Positions 12,060-25,000 of a stretch of 64,000 nt of DNA are shown here, in pieces. The DNA is from Takakia lepidozioides. Taxonomy: Eukaryota > Plantae > Bryophyta. Where the stretch lies: contig CM060733.1 of the NCBI GenBank assembly GCA_030704615.1, positions 33,666,001 to 33,730,000 of the forward strand, given 5' to 3'. The first letter of the stretch is position 1. Each line of letters begins with the position of its first letter. The notes under the pieces were generated by a model. The model was not told where the DNA came from and did no database searches. It saw nothing but the letters and a program-made list of their open reading frames with translations. Made by a program: the position numbers and the translations under genes.

Positions 12060-13745
12060 ATTTTTTATTCTTCAAGCCCAATCACGCAACCTGGACAGAG
12101 CTGCAGAGACACTCCATATGTTCTACTCCGCTTTTGGATTCAAAGTAAACTGGAGCAAAACCTGCGCTTTGCTCGTAGGTGATCTCTCTAACTCGGACCT
12201 TGGTGCCAATCCAAACTGGGGTCACCAACAGGGGCTTAAATGGCTGAAACCAAGACAGACCACGGAGCTTTTGGGCTACACTTTTGGCATAGATCTCATT
12301 GACCAGCAGAGATTTGAGCCTATTCTCTCAACCCTCAAACACAGGATGGCTCACTGGGGGTCAAAGCATCTTACCATCATAGGTAGAGCCCTCACCGCTA
12401 ACCAAATTCTCTCGGCTGGAATTCGGTTCTATGCAAGCTCATGGAGGCTGAACAAGCAACAGATTGGACAAATTAAAAAGTTGCTCAGGAACTATGTCTG
12501 GGGGGCTGAATCGTCATCGCAGCAAAGAAGGCCCCAAGTTTCTTGGAACCAAATATGTCTTCCTAAAAAGCAGGGGGGGCTGGGGGTGCTTGATCCAGAA
12601 ACCCAAGTAACAGCCCTTTTGGGAAAATGGATTCCGCGCTTCATGGGTCCTGAAGGTGGCCGGTGGAAGTTCCTCGTGGCTGACAGCATTTTACTAGCTT
12701 CCCCGCTAAAGAATGCATCATGGTCCCCTTCCTTTCGTTGGATTGTCAATGGCTTCAAACATAAAAAACCTCAATCCCCTATGTGGAGTGCCATCTGGTA
12801 TGCATGGGGTAAACTCAGGGCCTTTCTTACAAAAGCCCAACCCTCCACCTACTATGAAACCCTCAGATAATACCTTTTCCTCAATACGAATGGTCCTAAG
12901 CCCTGAGCAACGAAAGGATTCCAGTAGATGGTCATTTTGGAACAGCCTCGGGATTTTGCAGGTAGGGAATCTCTGGCAAAACGGAGGCCTGGCATCAATC
13001 AATACTGTTGCACTGAAAGTAGGGACAGCAAGGGCTAATAGATCTTACACTAAGCTTACTCAAATGATAGACCAACAATGGCTGGGGTGCTTGCAAAGAG
13101 GGCCACAAAACTCATCAACACATTACTGGGCCCTTATTATTTTAGGCTCAGAATTATCAGTCATGTTTGTCAAAAAGACCGATGCGCACAATCATGTGGT
13201 ATATCCTTTCACCATAAACACACTCACATTGCAACTGCACCTACAATCGACACAGCCAATGCTTCTCCCTCTTACCCCATTAACCCCAATTAGAGTATGC
13301 TGTTGGTCTACCACTCCCAAAGAAATGGATCCCCAACAATTTCATTGTCTGGCTGAAAGCAAACACGTTTGTCTGGATCCTCGGAAGACCGCTAGCAGAG
13401 TTGCAGTTCGATCCTTCTGAATGGACTTGGAAATTTGATGCGCAGTCAAAACCCTTCTTCTCATACACGACAAAGAAGGGATACAAAGCTTTGTCCAACG
13501 CCGAGCCCTTAAAAACTAAATGGGAAGCTAAGTGGGATCTCTATAACTTCCGGGATGAAAACTGGGGAGTAATCTGGGCCTCAGTTTGGCGTACGTCTAG
13601 ACCAACAAAAATATCAGCGTTTGTTTGGCAAGTGGTCAACATATGCCTTCAAGTGGGGGAATGGTTGCACTTTCATTAAGCCCTCGTCTATGCTTGTTGC
13701 GCAACTGGGATCATGGAAAGTCTAGAACATTGTCTGCTACACTTA
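12060..13745 (+). mobile_element. L1-clade LINE ORF2 fragment (RT C-terminus to zf-RVT), degenerate
   Basis: GFKVNWSKT, WGSKHLTIIGRALTANQIL, VSWNQICLPKKQGGLGV, WRTSRPTKISAFVWQ, MESLEHCLL. Homologous to the 39.5-41.3 kb LINE region. Confidence 0.88.
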
Positions 13746-15011
13746 GAATTTTTTTGAAGAGACCCCCACATGCATAACCATGTAGTTTTCATGTATTTCC
13801 ATATATGTATGAGTATGCATGAAGATGGGCATCCACTGAACTTCTCAGGGACTTCAAGAAAAATTTCGAAGTAGCAAACCAAAACTTCTGTTGCTCAACA
13901 AATGGAGTTCGATCCTACAACCAAGAGGCAAATCACTCGCAAATCACTGAGCTACTTTCCATAATGGAATCTCAAATTTAATGTTACTTATACTCAAAAC
14001 TGGATTTAAGACCGCGTGGAGCCCACCAATACATGGGCGTTGTTGCGGTGACCGCGCGGATGTGAGGCGCCAGACTGGGGGGGGGGTCTGCGGGTGGGCG
14101 GTGGGCCACGTAGGCGTACTGGGCCGGATGCATTCAACTCCCGGGCATTTTCTATTCTTTTCCCTTGCCTTCTTTGGAGAGATGCGGTGGTTGCGTACAT
14201 ACCAATTGAGGAATGACGACACACTTGCATATCATGATCGGCCAGTCGCTTATTTGGTTGGATTGTCACCACTAGATGTTCAATAGGACTTGCATTCAAT
14301 GTGGATACATAAACTCGGCCAATGCTTTAACATAGTATTGTCAGGCAAAGAGACTTCAATTAGAACTGATCAATTTTACATGTTTCCCCACCAAAGAAAA
14401 ATATGATAATTAACTGATACTAGTTTTGGTACTCAAAGACAAGTGATGTCGGCTACCAAGAACCCGAGTCCGATTAGGAGGCAGCAAACAACAGCTAGAA
14501 GGCAGGAAATGGCCACTTAAATAACATACGTCATATCTTCTGTTATCAGCTGGCAGGTGGAGAAGCGAGGCTCATGGAGAAGCACGTGTAACAGTCCACA
14601 TTCAAAGCACATCAACTAATTAAGCACATCTGGTGTTATCTTGGTTTTTGCCGAAGTTAGTGGACAACATGGCTCTTTTCATAACCACCTTTCCAAGGTG
14701 TTTGGGTCGTAGATTTCTTGCCCCCTGTCCAAGAGATCCCTTTAGTTTAGATTTTTAGAGTTAGGATGCATTACAAGATTAGTCTTGACGTAATTAGAAA
14801 ATCCAGTCAGTTGAGGACAAATCTTGGTGTAATGATCAGTGCTGCCACAAACATAGCAGGATACAAATTTTCTTTCATACTTAGTACCAGTCTGATTTCT
14901 GCCCCTAAAATTGTCAATTTTACCATTTTGGTGGCCTTTGGCTCGCCATTCACCTCCTTGCTAATGAGCTTTCAAAGCAACAAGTTGTGTCGCCACACTT
15001 TTGCCATACTT

Positions 15012-15470
15012 TCAATTTGTCCACAAATTAATAGCATGAGAGTCAAAGTCGCAGTAAACAACCAAACCTCCTCCGTCCTTCACCTTCAGACCAGCTTCGC
15101 AGTCCATGCCAAGAGGAACACTGCTGCCAGAGGCCCATATAACGGAACTCGTTCCAGTAGGGAGGATGCCATAGATCACCAAGTTTCCATCGTACTGCAT
15201 AACGAGGATGCAGCTAGAAGCTCTCAAATAGGTACCTGTGGCCCACTGCGGTTTCATGGCACCCAAATTGTTCTCATGATACACCACCAAATTGCAGTCA
15301 CCCTGCATCACTAGCAAGTATTGAGAATTGTCACTCGTTAGAAAATCTTCTGGATTCAATTGGCTTGGAGCCATTAGGCAACCAGTTTGGCATGAGTAAT
15401 CGTCAGCAAAGACCGAATCTATAATGAATGCGAGCACTGGAAGGATTAATATAGCCATGGAGACACCCAT
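15012..15470 (-). CDS. Secreted GNA-related (bulb-type) mannose-binding lectin, ~152 aa, single exon
   Basis: Signal-peptide-like MGVSMAILILPVLAFIIDSVFA. QxDxNxVxY sugar-binding motifs QGDCNLVVY and QYDGNLVIY; third site degenerate (KDGGGLVVY). W-A-T/S-G motifs. Confidence 0.88.
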   Translation of the reverse strand: MGVSMAILILPVLAFIIDSVFADDYSCQTGCLMAPSQLNPEDFLTSDNSQYLLVMQGDCNLVVYHENNLGAMKPQWATGTYLRASSCILVMQYDGNLVIYGILPTGTSSVIWASGSSVPLGMDCEAGLKVKDGGGLVVYCDFDSHAINLWTN

Positions 15471-16074
15471 GTTGCAGCTTGTGTAGAAGAGATTCAAACC
15501 AATAACCCACAATCACTGCATTCCTAATCCCAAACTACACTACATATCTTCAAATAGTCACACAATGACAAATGGTAGAAATACACTTACTTCTAACAGG
15601 TGTATCCCTCCAACTATTTGTAATCTATTGCTCCATGGGGTCTCTTCAATAGAGCGCCTCTGAAGGGACACATTAATGTGGACCGCACATTAATGCATAG
15701 GAGCCTCCATGACGCCCCATGCTATGCTATGGCCGCCATAGCCGCCTCCATGCTTCACATCTGCCATCCATGCACTCTATGCTCCATATCCCCAGGATCC
15801 ATCACATGCCATCCCTGACTCATGGTTAGGTCAGTTTAATCAAGTTTGGTTTGATGCCCTAATTATCATAACAAGTAGGATAAATCTTCAACCCTCGTTT
15901 GTCTTCTTCACTAGCTTGTTTTTTTAACCTCTTCAATAGAGGCTTCAACATCACTGTTATTCGTCCTCCATAGTTTCGATTGAAATGTGGATCTAAAGTA
16001 AGATGGAGGAGCCAACTATGCAAGTTCAAAACCTTGTGAAAAGTCCATTTGATATCAATGACCTTTCATGGCTA

Positions 16075-16227
16075 CGAGGTTGCACAAATTGACGTGACAT
16101 GACGTAAATATTCCAAAATATTTGAAGAATAATGATGCAAAATGACTCTAGGAAGTGGAGTCATGATATAACTTACGACGCGACGCCAACGTGTTTAGTC
16201 CCTAAAGAGTCATTTTGTGCAACCTTG
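16075..16227. mobile_element. hAT-type MITE (153 bp) in the left foldback arm
   Basis: TIRs CGAGGTTGCACAAATTGAC / GTCATTTTGTGCAACCTTG. 8-bp flanks CATGGCTA/CATGGTTG. Absent from the right arm. Confidence 0.75.
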
Positions 16228-17649
16228 CATGGTTGACACAAGTCATTGTATATAGACAAAGATATGAAGGCAAGAGAGAAGTGGCATGGATCCATTTGAC
16301 TAGGGTTGATGATTTTTTACAAGCAGATATCAACAATGAATTTGCACCCACAACATGTGAGATCTGATTCATAAAAAATGTGTTATGTTCGATTGAATTA
16401 AAGCTCGATCAAAGCCTCTACTTGACGGTCATCTTGGCATCAAATGGTTGAGTACCTACTACACTACCAGTTGCTTTGATCTTTGCCACGTGGTCCATTC
16501 ACAAACCCTCACTAGTTTCATTAACATAAATTAAACGACATACAAGTAGAATGTACGTTCCTTTTATTAATGCTTATGTTGTAGTTGATGATACAACCGA
16601 ACCATTGTAAATTCATACAATATAACATTTACGTTGATATACACGTATCTTAGCCAACAAATGATGTTTGGCCATGTGATCCACTACCATAGCCTCAGAT
16701 CTTTCAATATGAATAAAATAAACGAGACACAGATAGAATGTATGTTATTTTCAGTAATAGATTATAGTGGTAAACACAATCGGGAGGTTGTAAATGCATA
16801 TACTACAACATCCACATTGATAAACATATGCCCGAGTCCTTCCAAAGAGATATATGATGAAAAGTTGTACACAACTCATCTCTAAATCCCAAATCAATCA
16901 CTGAACATCAAAAGCTGGATCCACTTTTAGGACCTCTTCCCTCCAAGCTATGGCTGCCACAACCTAAATCATCAAGATCCTTAGTTGGTTCGTCATTCAC
17001 CGTGGAAAAGCTCAAACCAATTTCCTCTTTGTCATTCAATTTAGATACATCAACAGAGATGTATTATGAAACTTCTTGACTTGTAGTACACGACCGGCCA
17101 ACAAATCAGTCTAATTGAACATCAAACAATGGATCCATTTTTTAGGAACTCTCACCTCTAAGCTATAGCATGCAGACATGTCACGCCCTAGATGATCAAG
17201 CTTTTTGAATTGCTCGTCATTCCCCATGGGAGGGTTCAAATCCTGATCAATATAAGAAGTCGTCACATTATAACATTCCTTGAGCCATAATGTTACTTAA
17301 AGACACATTGCACTAGTCAACCTAACTAAACCTCGTGAACAAAAATAAATTAGTATCCATTTGTATAAGATAGTGAAGTAGAGAACAGATTTGGAGCGAG
17401 GAAGATAACATGTAAGGAAGAAAACCTCTGAAACTATTTAAGACAAAAAACCAACGGAGCTGAAAATCAGAACCCCATATTTATTGCAAACTATACATAC
17501 ACCAAACCAACTGATATAGATAACTAATCCAGATGGATTAATGTATGTATCATCTAGACACAAAATGACAGATAAACAACTATTTTGGTTTCAACCACCA
17601 TCCAAACAGTAAGTATTAAAATATACCATTAAAACCCTAGTTCACAGTG

Positions 17650-17822
17650 ATATATATATATTCATTCGTTGCCGAAGCAAGCGTAACTTATGTGTCACTT
17701 GACCCCATAGGGCTACTGCCTTCCGGTGGGAAGATGGACACCATAATGACTTCCAACAGGTGGATTGAACCCACAACCACTAGTGAGAGTATGTGCCCTT
17801 ACCATTGGGCTACATGTTGGTT
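17650..17822 (-). mobile_element. tRNA-derived SINE-like element (family B)
   Basis: Minus strand has A-box TAGCCCAATGGTAAGG and B-box GGGTTCAATCC, a short body and an (AT)n tail. Confidence 0.55.
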
Positions 17823-18769
17823 ATCAGAAACCACCATTGGACTACGTGTAGTAGCAGAAATCACTATTTTGGTTCAAGTGCAAGACCAATATTAAGGTTG
17901 TTAGAATTTAGAAACTGAAATCATTAATGAAAACATAATTTTGGTTTCAGATGCAATCATAAAAATGTCACAAATATTATGGTGAGGCTGAAAGTGTGCA
18001 AAGAAAATACTGTATTGATTACAACTAGAACCCTAATAATGCTACAAATATTATGATTGGTATTTATATACTTAAATGCATACGAATCAAAATACTATTT
18101 TTGTTTCACCCTAACCCTAGGTATGAGACTAAATATTATCAAAATTCGAATCATAAAAGTAAATTGCAATTTGGTTTGTCACCCTATCATGCAAAAACAA
18201 AACTCATTAGAAGAAACTATTATTTGGAGTTCAAAGAGAACCCTAACAATGACAACTATTAGGGTTGTGATATTGAGACTGAAACAATACGTTTCAATTC
18301 GAACCTTAACAATGTCACAAACATTATGGTTGATATTTAGAAACTGAAATTAACAGAATGATGCAAGGCAACAATTTTCAATGCAGCTCTAATAATGACA
18401 CTCAAATTATTTTGGTTTCAATTGCAACCCTAACACTGTCATACATAAAAGCTTCTCATTGTTTAATATTAGCGACTTCAATGCGGGCACGTGCGGGACC
18501 CGCATGTGGGAGAGGGGTCGCGAGGGGTGGGGCACTCCCTACCGGTCGGGCTCAGTCTGGTCAGCTGAGCCTACGAGGGCAAGCCGGTCTATTGGGGCCC
18601 ACAACACATATAAAACATTAATTTTTTGGAGGTATTGCAGAAAGCAGCGGGTAGTGTGGTGGTAAAGAGCAATCTATAATAAGCATGCGGTTTGGTATTC
18701 AAAGCCTACTAGGTGATATTGTGGTAGTAATGTGTGTTAATAATAAATATATATTTTGTCTGAGGAGGG

Positions 18770-18960
18770 TCTGCCAGTCCGGTTGAAGGTTGGAGTCAGT
18801 GTGCTTGCCAGTTGGAGTCCACTCGAAGGTCTCCAGTCCGCTCGCCAATCGCCAATCGACTAGCCAGTCTGCTCGCCAATCGCTACTCCGCTGGCCGGTC
18901 TGCTCGCCAATCGCCAGTCTGTTGGCCAGTCCACTCGCAAGTTGCCAGTCTGCTCGCCAG
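18770..18960. repeat. GC-rich minisatellite (GCCAGTCTGCTCGCCAATC-like units)
   Basis: Repeated GCCAGTC/GCTCGCCAATC motifs. Confidence 0.7.
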
Positions 18961-21900
18961 AACATCATCCATATCATATTAAAATGTTATATTTTCCATG
19001 TCATAAATTTAAATTGAATATCCATGTTATATATATATGTGTCTCTCATTTTTTAATATTAACATCTTCAATGCACTTATGGGCCCCGCCAGTACGGCCC
19101 ATGGGGTGAGCGAATAAACCCATTGCCTATTCACCGGGTCCAGATTCTGAATTTTTTCTAAGTCCTGGTTCTTTCATACCCTCCAAGAGACCGACTCCTC
19201 TCAACATATCTGATGTGACAAGTTTTTGGTCAATTTGTGCGTTGATTCAAGTATGTTGTTTATTTATATACCATGATAAAGAACGCGTCTGATACAACAG
19301 ATGTGTCATGCCGGCGATTTTGGCTGGGACATATATATAACGTATTTTCCTATTATTTAGCTTGTCATTAAACGACCAATGTCTAATAAGGTTCATATTC
19401 TCAATGTGCCATGAAACCAAATTTTAATTTTCAGATTCTCCAAAATTGAATGCAATGGGAAATCAAAGGCTCTATTTCAGAATATAATATTGAATATCAT
19501 TAGCAATCCAATCTACTAAGATAAGATTCGACAATCAAACCCGAAATATAACTTTTGTAGCTTCAATATGCTATGAAACCAAAACTTAACTTTCAAATCC
19601 TAATTTGGGTTGCTATGAACGAAACATTCTGTTTCAAATCAAATACTAAATGTAGTACAAAACCCTACATTTAGTGCTCAGATCTTAAGAACTAAATACG
19701 CTACAAAATCAAGCTATTTGTTTCAAATCCTCCCCAAAGTTCTATCTGTGGTTTAGGGTTTGAAAAACACAAATTTAAAATTTCAATCCTACAGATAAGG
19801 AGATGTGGGATGTTTCCCTCATTCTTATTGTACAAATTATTTAGACGATCAGTTCATGGAATCACAACAACATTGCCATAAACTTTAGGGTTTATGAAAG
19901 TAACGACTCCGAACCAATATTGTTGTGATTTAATATTTTATGGTTATCTTCAATTTAGTAACATATCTTTAGGAAAAGGTGTTCAAATGTCACAATATTT
20001 GGAAAACCTTGAAAGTAGACAAACAACATGTTTCAGTTGTCGTCCACATATGATGAAGGTTGGGAAAGAATAAAAGAAAGAAAGAAGAACATAGTTTTCA
20101 CTCAGCTTAATGGAAAGAGAAATGTGATTTTTTAGTAACTCCTTGGATGTATCAATTCCAATGGTTTTAACACTCCTTAGGTAAGAATCTGTAGCAGCTT
20201 CTTCTTTGTATTACAAACACCTATCTATGGCACCCATCTCTCTATGGCGGTTGTCGTTACAACACCAAAATCTAAAAATAACTTTTTGATTTTAGTGATT
20301 AGGGCAAACTAAACTAAACCAAACTGAACTAGCCATGAATGTTTGTGGGTGCAAAATCATTGTTGCTCTCTGCTTGTAAAAATTCATAAACCCTAGACAG
20401 ATGAATCCAGGCTATTTCTCTCTTGCATTCATATCCTTGTTTACATACAATGACTTGTGGCAGCCATAGAAGGTCATTTGCATCAAATGGAATTTTCACA
20501 GGTTTTTGAACTTGCATGGCTGACTCCTCCATCTTACTTTAGATCCACATTTCAATTGAAACTATGGATCATGAGGAAAAAAAAGTGATGTTGAAGCTTC
20601 TACTAAAGAGGTTAAGAAAACAAACTGGAGAGGAAGACAAACCAGGGTTGAAAACTAATCATATTTGTTATGCTAATTAGGGCATCAAACCAAGTCCAGT
20701 TCCCTAAACTAACCATGAGTCATAGAGGGCATATGATGGATCATGGATCCTGGAGATATGAAGCATAGAGCGCATGGATGGCAGATGAAGAGCATGGATG
20801 TGGGTTGGCTATAACATGGCATGGGGCGTCATGGAGGCTCCCTTGCATTAATGTGGGATTACATGAACGTGCATTTAATGTGGGTCCACTTTAATGTGTC
20901 CCCTTAGAGGCGGTCTATAGAGGAGACCACATGGAGCAATAGATTACAAATAACTTGAGGTGGAGTACACGTATCCCATGCGTTTGTTGTGTTGTTTACA
21001 CAGAGCGCATTTGTTTTATGGTGAATTTATTCAGTATCTTCCAAAGTTTTGATAATTGTCCAATTATTCCATTCTGATATGATTTGTTTTAACCCCTAAA
21101 CGCCCGTGCGGCGGGGGGTCTCTTGACTTTTGCTTGGCTAATAAAAACCCTATAACTTGAGAAAAACTTGTCATTTTGATAATGGAACTAGACAATACCC
21201 AACCACCTACCCCCTACACACCCTATCCAAATTTGGGGCCAATCAGAGAAGACCTGCAAAAACCCCACTTGCGGCCCTATTTTTGGCATTGTTCACAAAT
21301 AAACTGAAAAATTGACAGGTTTTTGTAGATTGTGGATGTTGGGTTGAAATCTATTGGGCCTACTGGAGGCAACTTAAAATTTAACATATCTGCAACATTT
21401 TTGTTACAACAAGCCCAAAATCTTAGAATTTGGAAGAAATTACGCCACTTGGCACTTGGTCAAAGGGCCATTGTAAACGTAACAGCTCATTGGCTCCCTG
21501 AATCTAGCCAATCGCCTCATGTTAGTACCATCATCGGGTATTCTTCCTTATGTTTACAAGGTTCTTGGGAGAGTCAGCTTGGTCTTAGCAGGCCGTATTT
21601 CAATCTCTGCCTGCTTAGTTGCACCGTGGTGGTTCTCACAGATCAATCCGACATTACCTGACTACAGACACAAGTAGCACACACAAGAGGTCCTTTTGTA
21701 TAGGGTAAGGCCCGAGGACGGGGGCCTTACCTTGCGTAAAGAAATAAGCAAATTACTTATGAACAGACAGTTTGGATTAATTTTCATCTACGGCCACGAT
21801 TAAGGAGGACCCTTACGGGGCGTAAGGTGCCTTGACAAGAGGAACTGTAAGCGTAAGTTCGAGAGGACATGGCACCTTACGCCCCGTAAGGTACCCTCCT

Positions 21901-22080
21901 CAAACAGTAAGGAAATTTGAGCTAGTTCTTTACAGGTTGATGGTCAGTAAAATCCTCCATGGATCATGACACAAGGTCAAAGACTATGTGGAGAGGACAC
22001 CTTCTTCTTCGACCTGTTTCAGCCTGCTTTGCCTTCTCATCAGACTCGGCCCTGACAAGTTACTGCCAATGTGGCTGCAG

Positions 22081-25000
22081 AAAAGTATCATAAAACAAAT
22101 AACAGAGATGAGGAAAAAGCTTTGGAATAATCATTTTTCCAACCCCAGTCAATGGTGGGACAATGGAAACAAAAAGGTGAATGTCTATTGGACTACATCT
22201 GCTAGCAGCAAGGCTAAGGATATATTCATGATTTGTACACAGGCAGGGATAACTGAAGGATTAGGGATAGAGGTCTAGATTCATCCAAGAGGGTCAGATT
22301 TCAAACACAAGATTACTTCTGATTCCATGTGGATCAATAGCTACAAGAAATCTGCGTGGGTAGATGGTCAACTAGAAACAGCAGCGGCAGCTGCCCAATT
22401 GATAGAACAAGGCACTACTAAAGAATGTACATTCTTCAACACATTTCAGCCTGTTTTTCCCTGTTATCAAAGTCGGTCTTAAATTTTTATGTTGAATTCT
22501 GCAAGTTAGCTCATTGGTGGATTTATGGTGGTTTTGGAGCGATTTTGACATGTTACTGCCAACGTGGCAACAGGAAAGTATCGAAAAACAGATAAAAAAG
22601 ACGAGAAGAAGCTCTGGATGAATACGTTTCCGATCCCAGTCAATGGTGGAACAATCGAGGCAAAAAGGTGAATGCATGTTGGAAGGAGACGCAAGTCAGC
22701 ATAGGAACTAGTGTGATAAGTAGGGTTGGGGTGTTTGTTGGAGCAATTTTAGGTTGTCATTGTCAGTTGCTAGCAGCAAGACAATGATGTATGCATGATT
22801 TGTGCAGAGGCATGGATAGCTGCGGAGCAGGGATAAAGTGTGGGTCCAGATTCATCCAAGAGGGCCGGATTTCAAGCTCCAGATTACCTACGATTCCTTG
22901 TGGAAGAACAGATATAAGAAACAGATGGTCAACTGAAAGCCGCAGCAGCAGCGGCTGTTAAGGACGAGAACATGACTGAATACAAACAAGAGATCAGACT
23001 AGAGGTACAAGACTAGACAAGAAGTCAAGGTCGGCGTGGCCGAATGCATGGTAGGTAAACAAGATGATCTTTATAACAATGGACAAGAGTACAATATACT
23101 GGAACTCGACTTGAATACTGTTATGTTGGAAGTAACAAGGTTTTCTGCAGCAGGGCTTCCAACAATCTACATGTGGAAAGAGTTTGCTCGAGGATGATGA
23201 CCATAATTGGAAAAAAATGAAATTTGCTTGGTCGAAGAATGTATAGTGTTGTTGTAGGTAAACTCAGCTAATGGCAGAAAGTTCGTCCAATTATCTTGGT
23301 GATGATTTATCGTACAACGAAGATATTGCTCCAAAATCTGGTTTACGCCATAGACAAAGACGACCATGGACCCTTCGGAATGGGTAATGGTTGAAGAAGG
23401 CCATAAGGTCGATGTTGTAGTCCCTTCGCCCTAGCACAAGTGTCACTAGATTTTATAAATTCTTTCACGACTTTTCAAATCTGCGGCTACCAATTGTCCC
23501 TGGATATCAATTCTATTGTTTTGTTGAAGCCGAAATGTCCTGCAGCCGTAAGATCATGAACATGTTTGAAGAATTTGAAGTCGTGTAGGTCCTGGAGGTA
23601 TATAGAGAAGTCCATTGAAATAAAGTAAGTCATTTTTGAATTCGAAGTCGTTTGTAACATGTGGGTTGTCTCGAGGTCGATTTAATTGATTTCGTAGTGT
23701 CGTAGCAAATTGGTCGCTCTTCAGTGCTTCCTGAATCTCCTTTATGATCTTTGCATCGTCATAGGTGGACATTGATAATATATTCAATTGGAGATTTGTT
23801 GGTTTCAAGATGATGGATTTCTGTTGATCGAAAGCTGTCTCCATTTTTTTCGACGCAATATACGATCGTCGAGAAAGAGCATCGGGTTTTCCTTGAAGAT
23901 GTCCGGGGCGATAGGTAATAACAAAATCAAACCTTGCTAGTGACATACCGCACCTTGCTTGACGTCGATTCAAAACACGAGCACTCATAAAATATTCGAG
24001 GTTTTTGTGATCGGTGTAGACAGTGACCTGCTGTTTAGCTCCCTCCAATAGATGACGCCACTCCTCAAAATCATCGATGATCGCTAGAAGTTCTTTGTCA
24101 TGGATTTCATAATTGATCTCTGCAGCAGAAATTTTGCGAGAACAAAAACCAACAGAGCGAAGTCGGCCAGCTGTACCGTATTGAGAGAGTATAGCACCAA
24201 GTGCAAAGTCCGATGCATCTGCTTCCAAGAAGAATAGTTTAGATGGGTCTGCATGTACCAGTATTGGAGCCATTGTAAATGTCTGCTTCAGACTTTTAAA
24301 TGTCTGGTCAGCCTTCTCGTCCCATACAAATTTGTCCTTCCCTGTGAGTCGTGTCAATGGTACGGCAATTTTGGAGTAGTCATTGATGAAGATTCTACAT
24401 AAATTTGCAAATCCCAGAAAATATTGTACATCTCGAACAGAAGTTGGTTTAATCCACTCGATGATGGTTTGTATTTTCTTCTGATCCACAAAGACGCATT
24501 TGTCAGAAATAATGTAGCCCAAAAATTCGACCTTAGATTGATGGAAAAAACATTTTTCCAACTCGGCATATAGTCTTTTTTTTCTTAATTTATCAATGAC
24601 AAGGCGTACATGGCGGCCATATTCTTCTTCATTCTGTGAAAATATCAAAATGTCGTCCAAATAGATGACTACAAAGTCATCTAAAAATTCCCGAAAGATG
24701 TCATTCATCATATGCTGGAAAATTGTTGGAGCATTTGTAAGACCGAAAGGCATAACACTGTATTCAAAATGTCCATACATTGTTCGAAAAGCTGTTTTCC
24801 ATTCGTCTCTTTATTTTATAAACTCATCTTAAGTCAATTTTGGTGAAAATCTTCGCTCGTCCCAGCTAGTCGAGAAGCCCAGAAATTAGCGGCAACGGAT
24901 AACGATTCTTAATTGTGACTTTGTTGAGACCGCGATAGTCTACACAGAAGAGTAATGATCCGTTTTTTTTTTTCACAAACTAAATAGGCGTCCCCGCAGG

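Larger units (their letters stand above)
15600..20970. mobile_element. Foldback-like element with ~630-750 bp inverted arms, each carrying the start of a MULE/SWIM-type ORF
   Basis: 15600-16356 is an inverted copy of 20336-20970. Each arm encodes MQVQ.P(V)K.PFD.NDL.W...AWIHL.RV.(D/E)FLQA. The interior is AT-rich and repetitive. No clear TSD. Confidence 0.7.

Noticed and set aside
11310-12060. Short ORFs between the hAT and the LINE fragment
   Set aside because: No recognisable domain or splice pattern. Probably the remnant of another repeat, since CATG-rich sequence recurs at 13760-13830.
14766-15314. 182-aa plus-strand ORF
   Set aside because: Antisense shadow of the lectin gene, with no recognisable motifs.
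16400-17260. Degenerate duplicated segments inside the foldback element as a captured gene
   Set aside because: I could not recover a recognisable reading frame or motif.
21700-21900. Perfect 21-bp inverted repeat CCTTACGGGGCGTAAGGTGCC / GGCACCTTACGCCCCGTAAGG as a structured ncRNA
   Set aside because: It sits among repeated CCTTAC/GTAAGG motifs typical of TE subterminal regions, and no other support was found.
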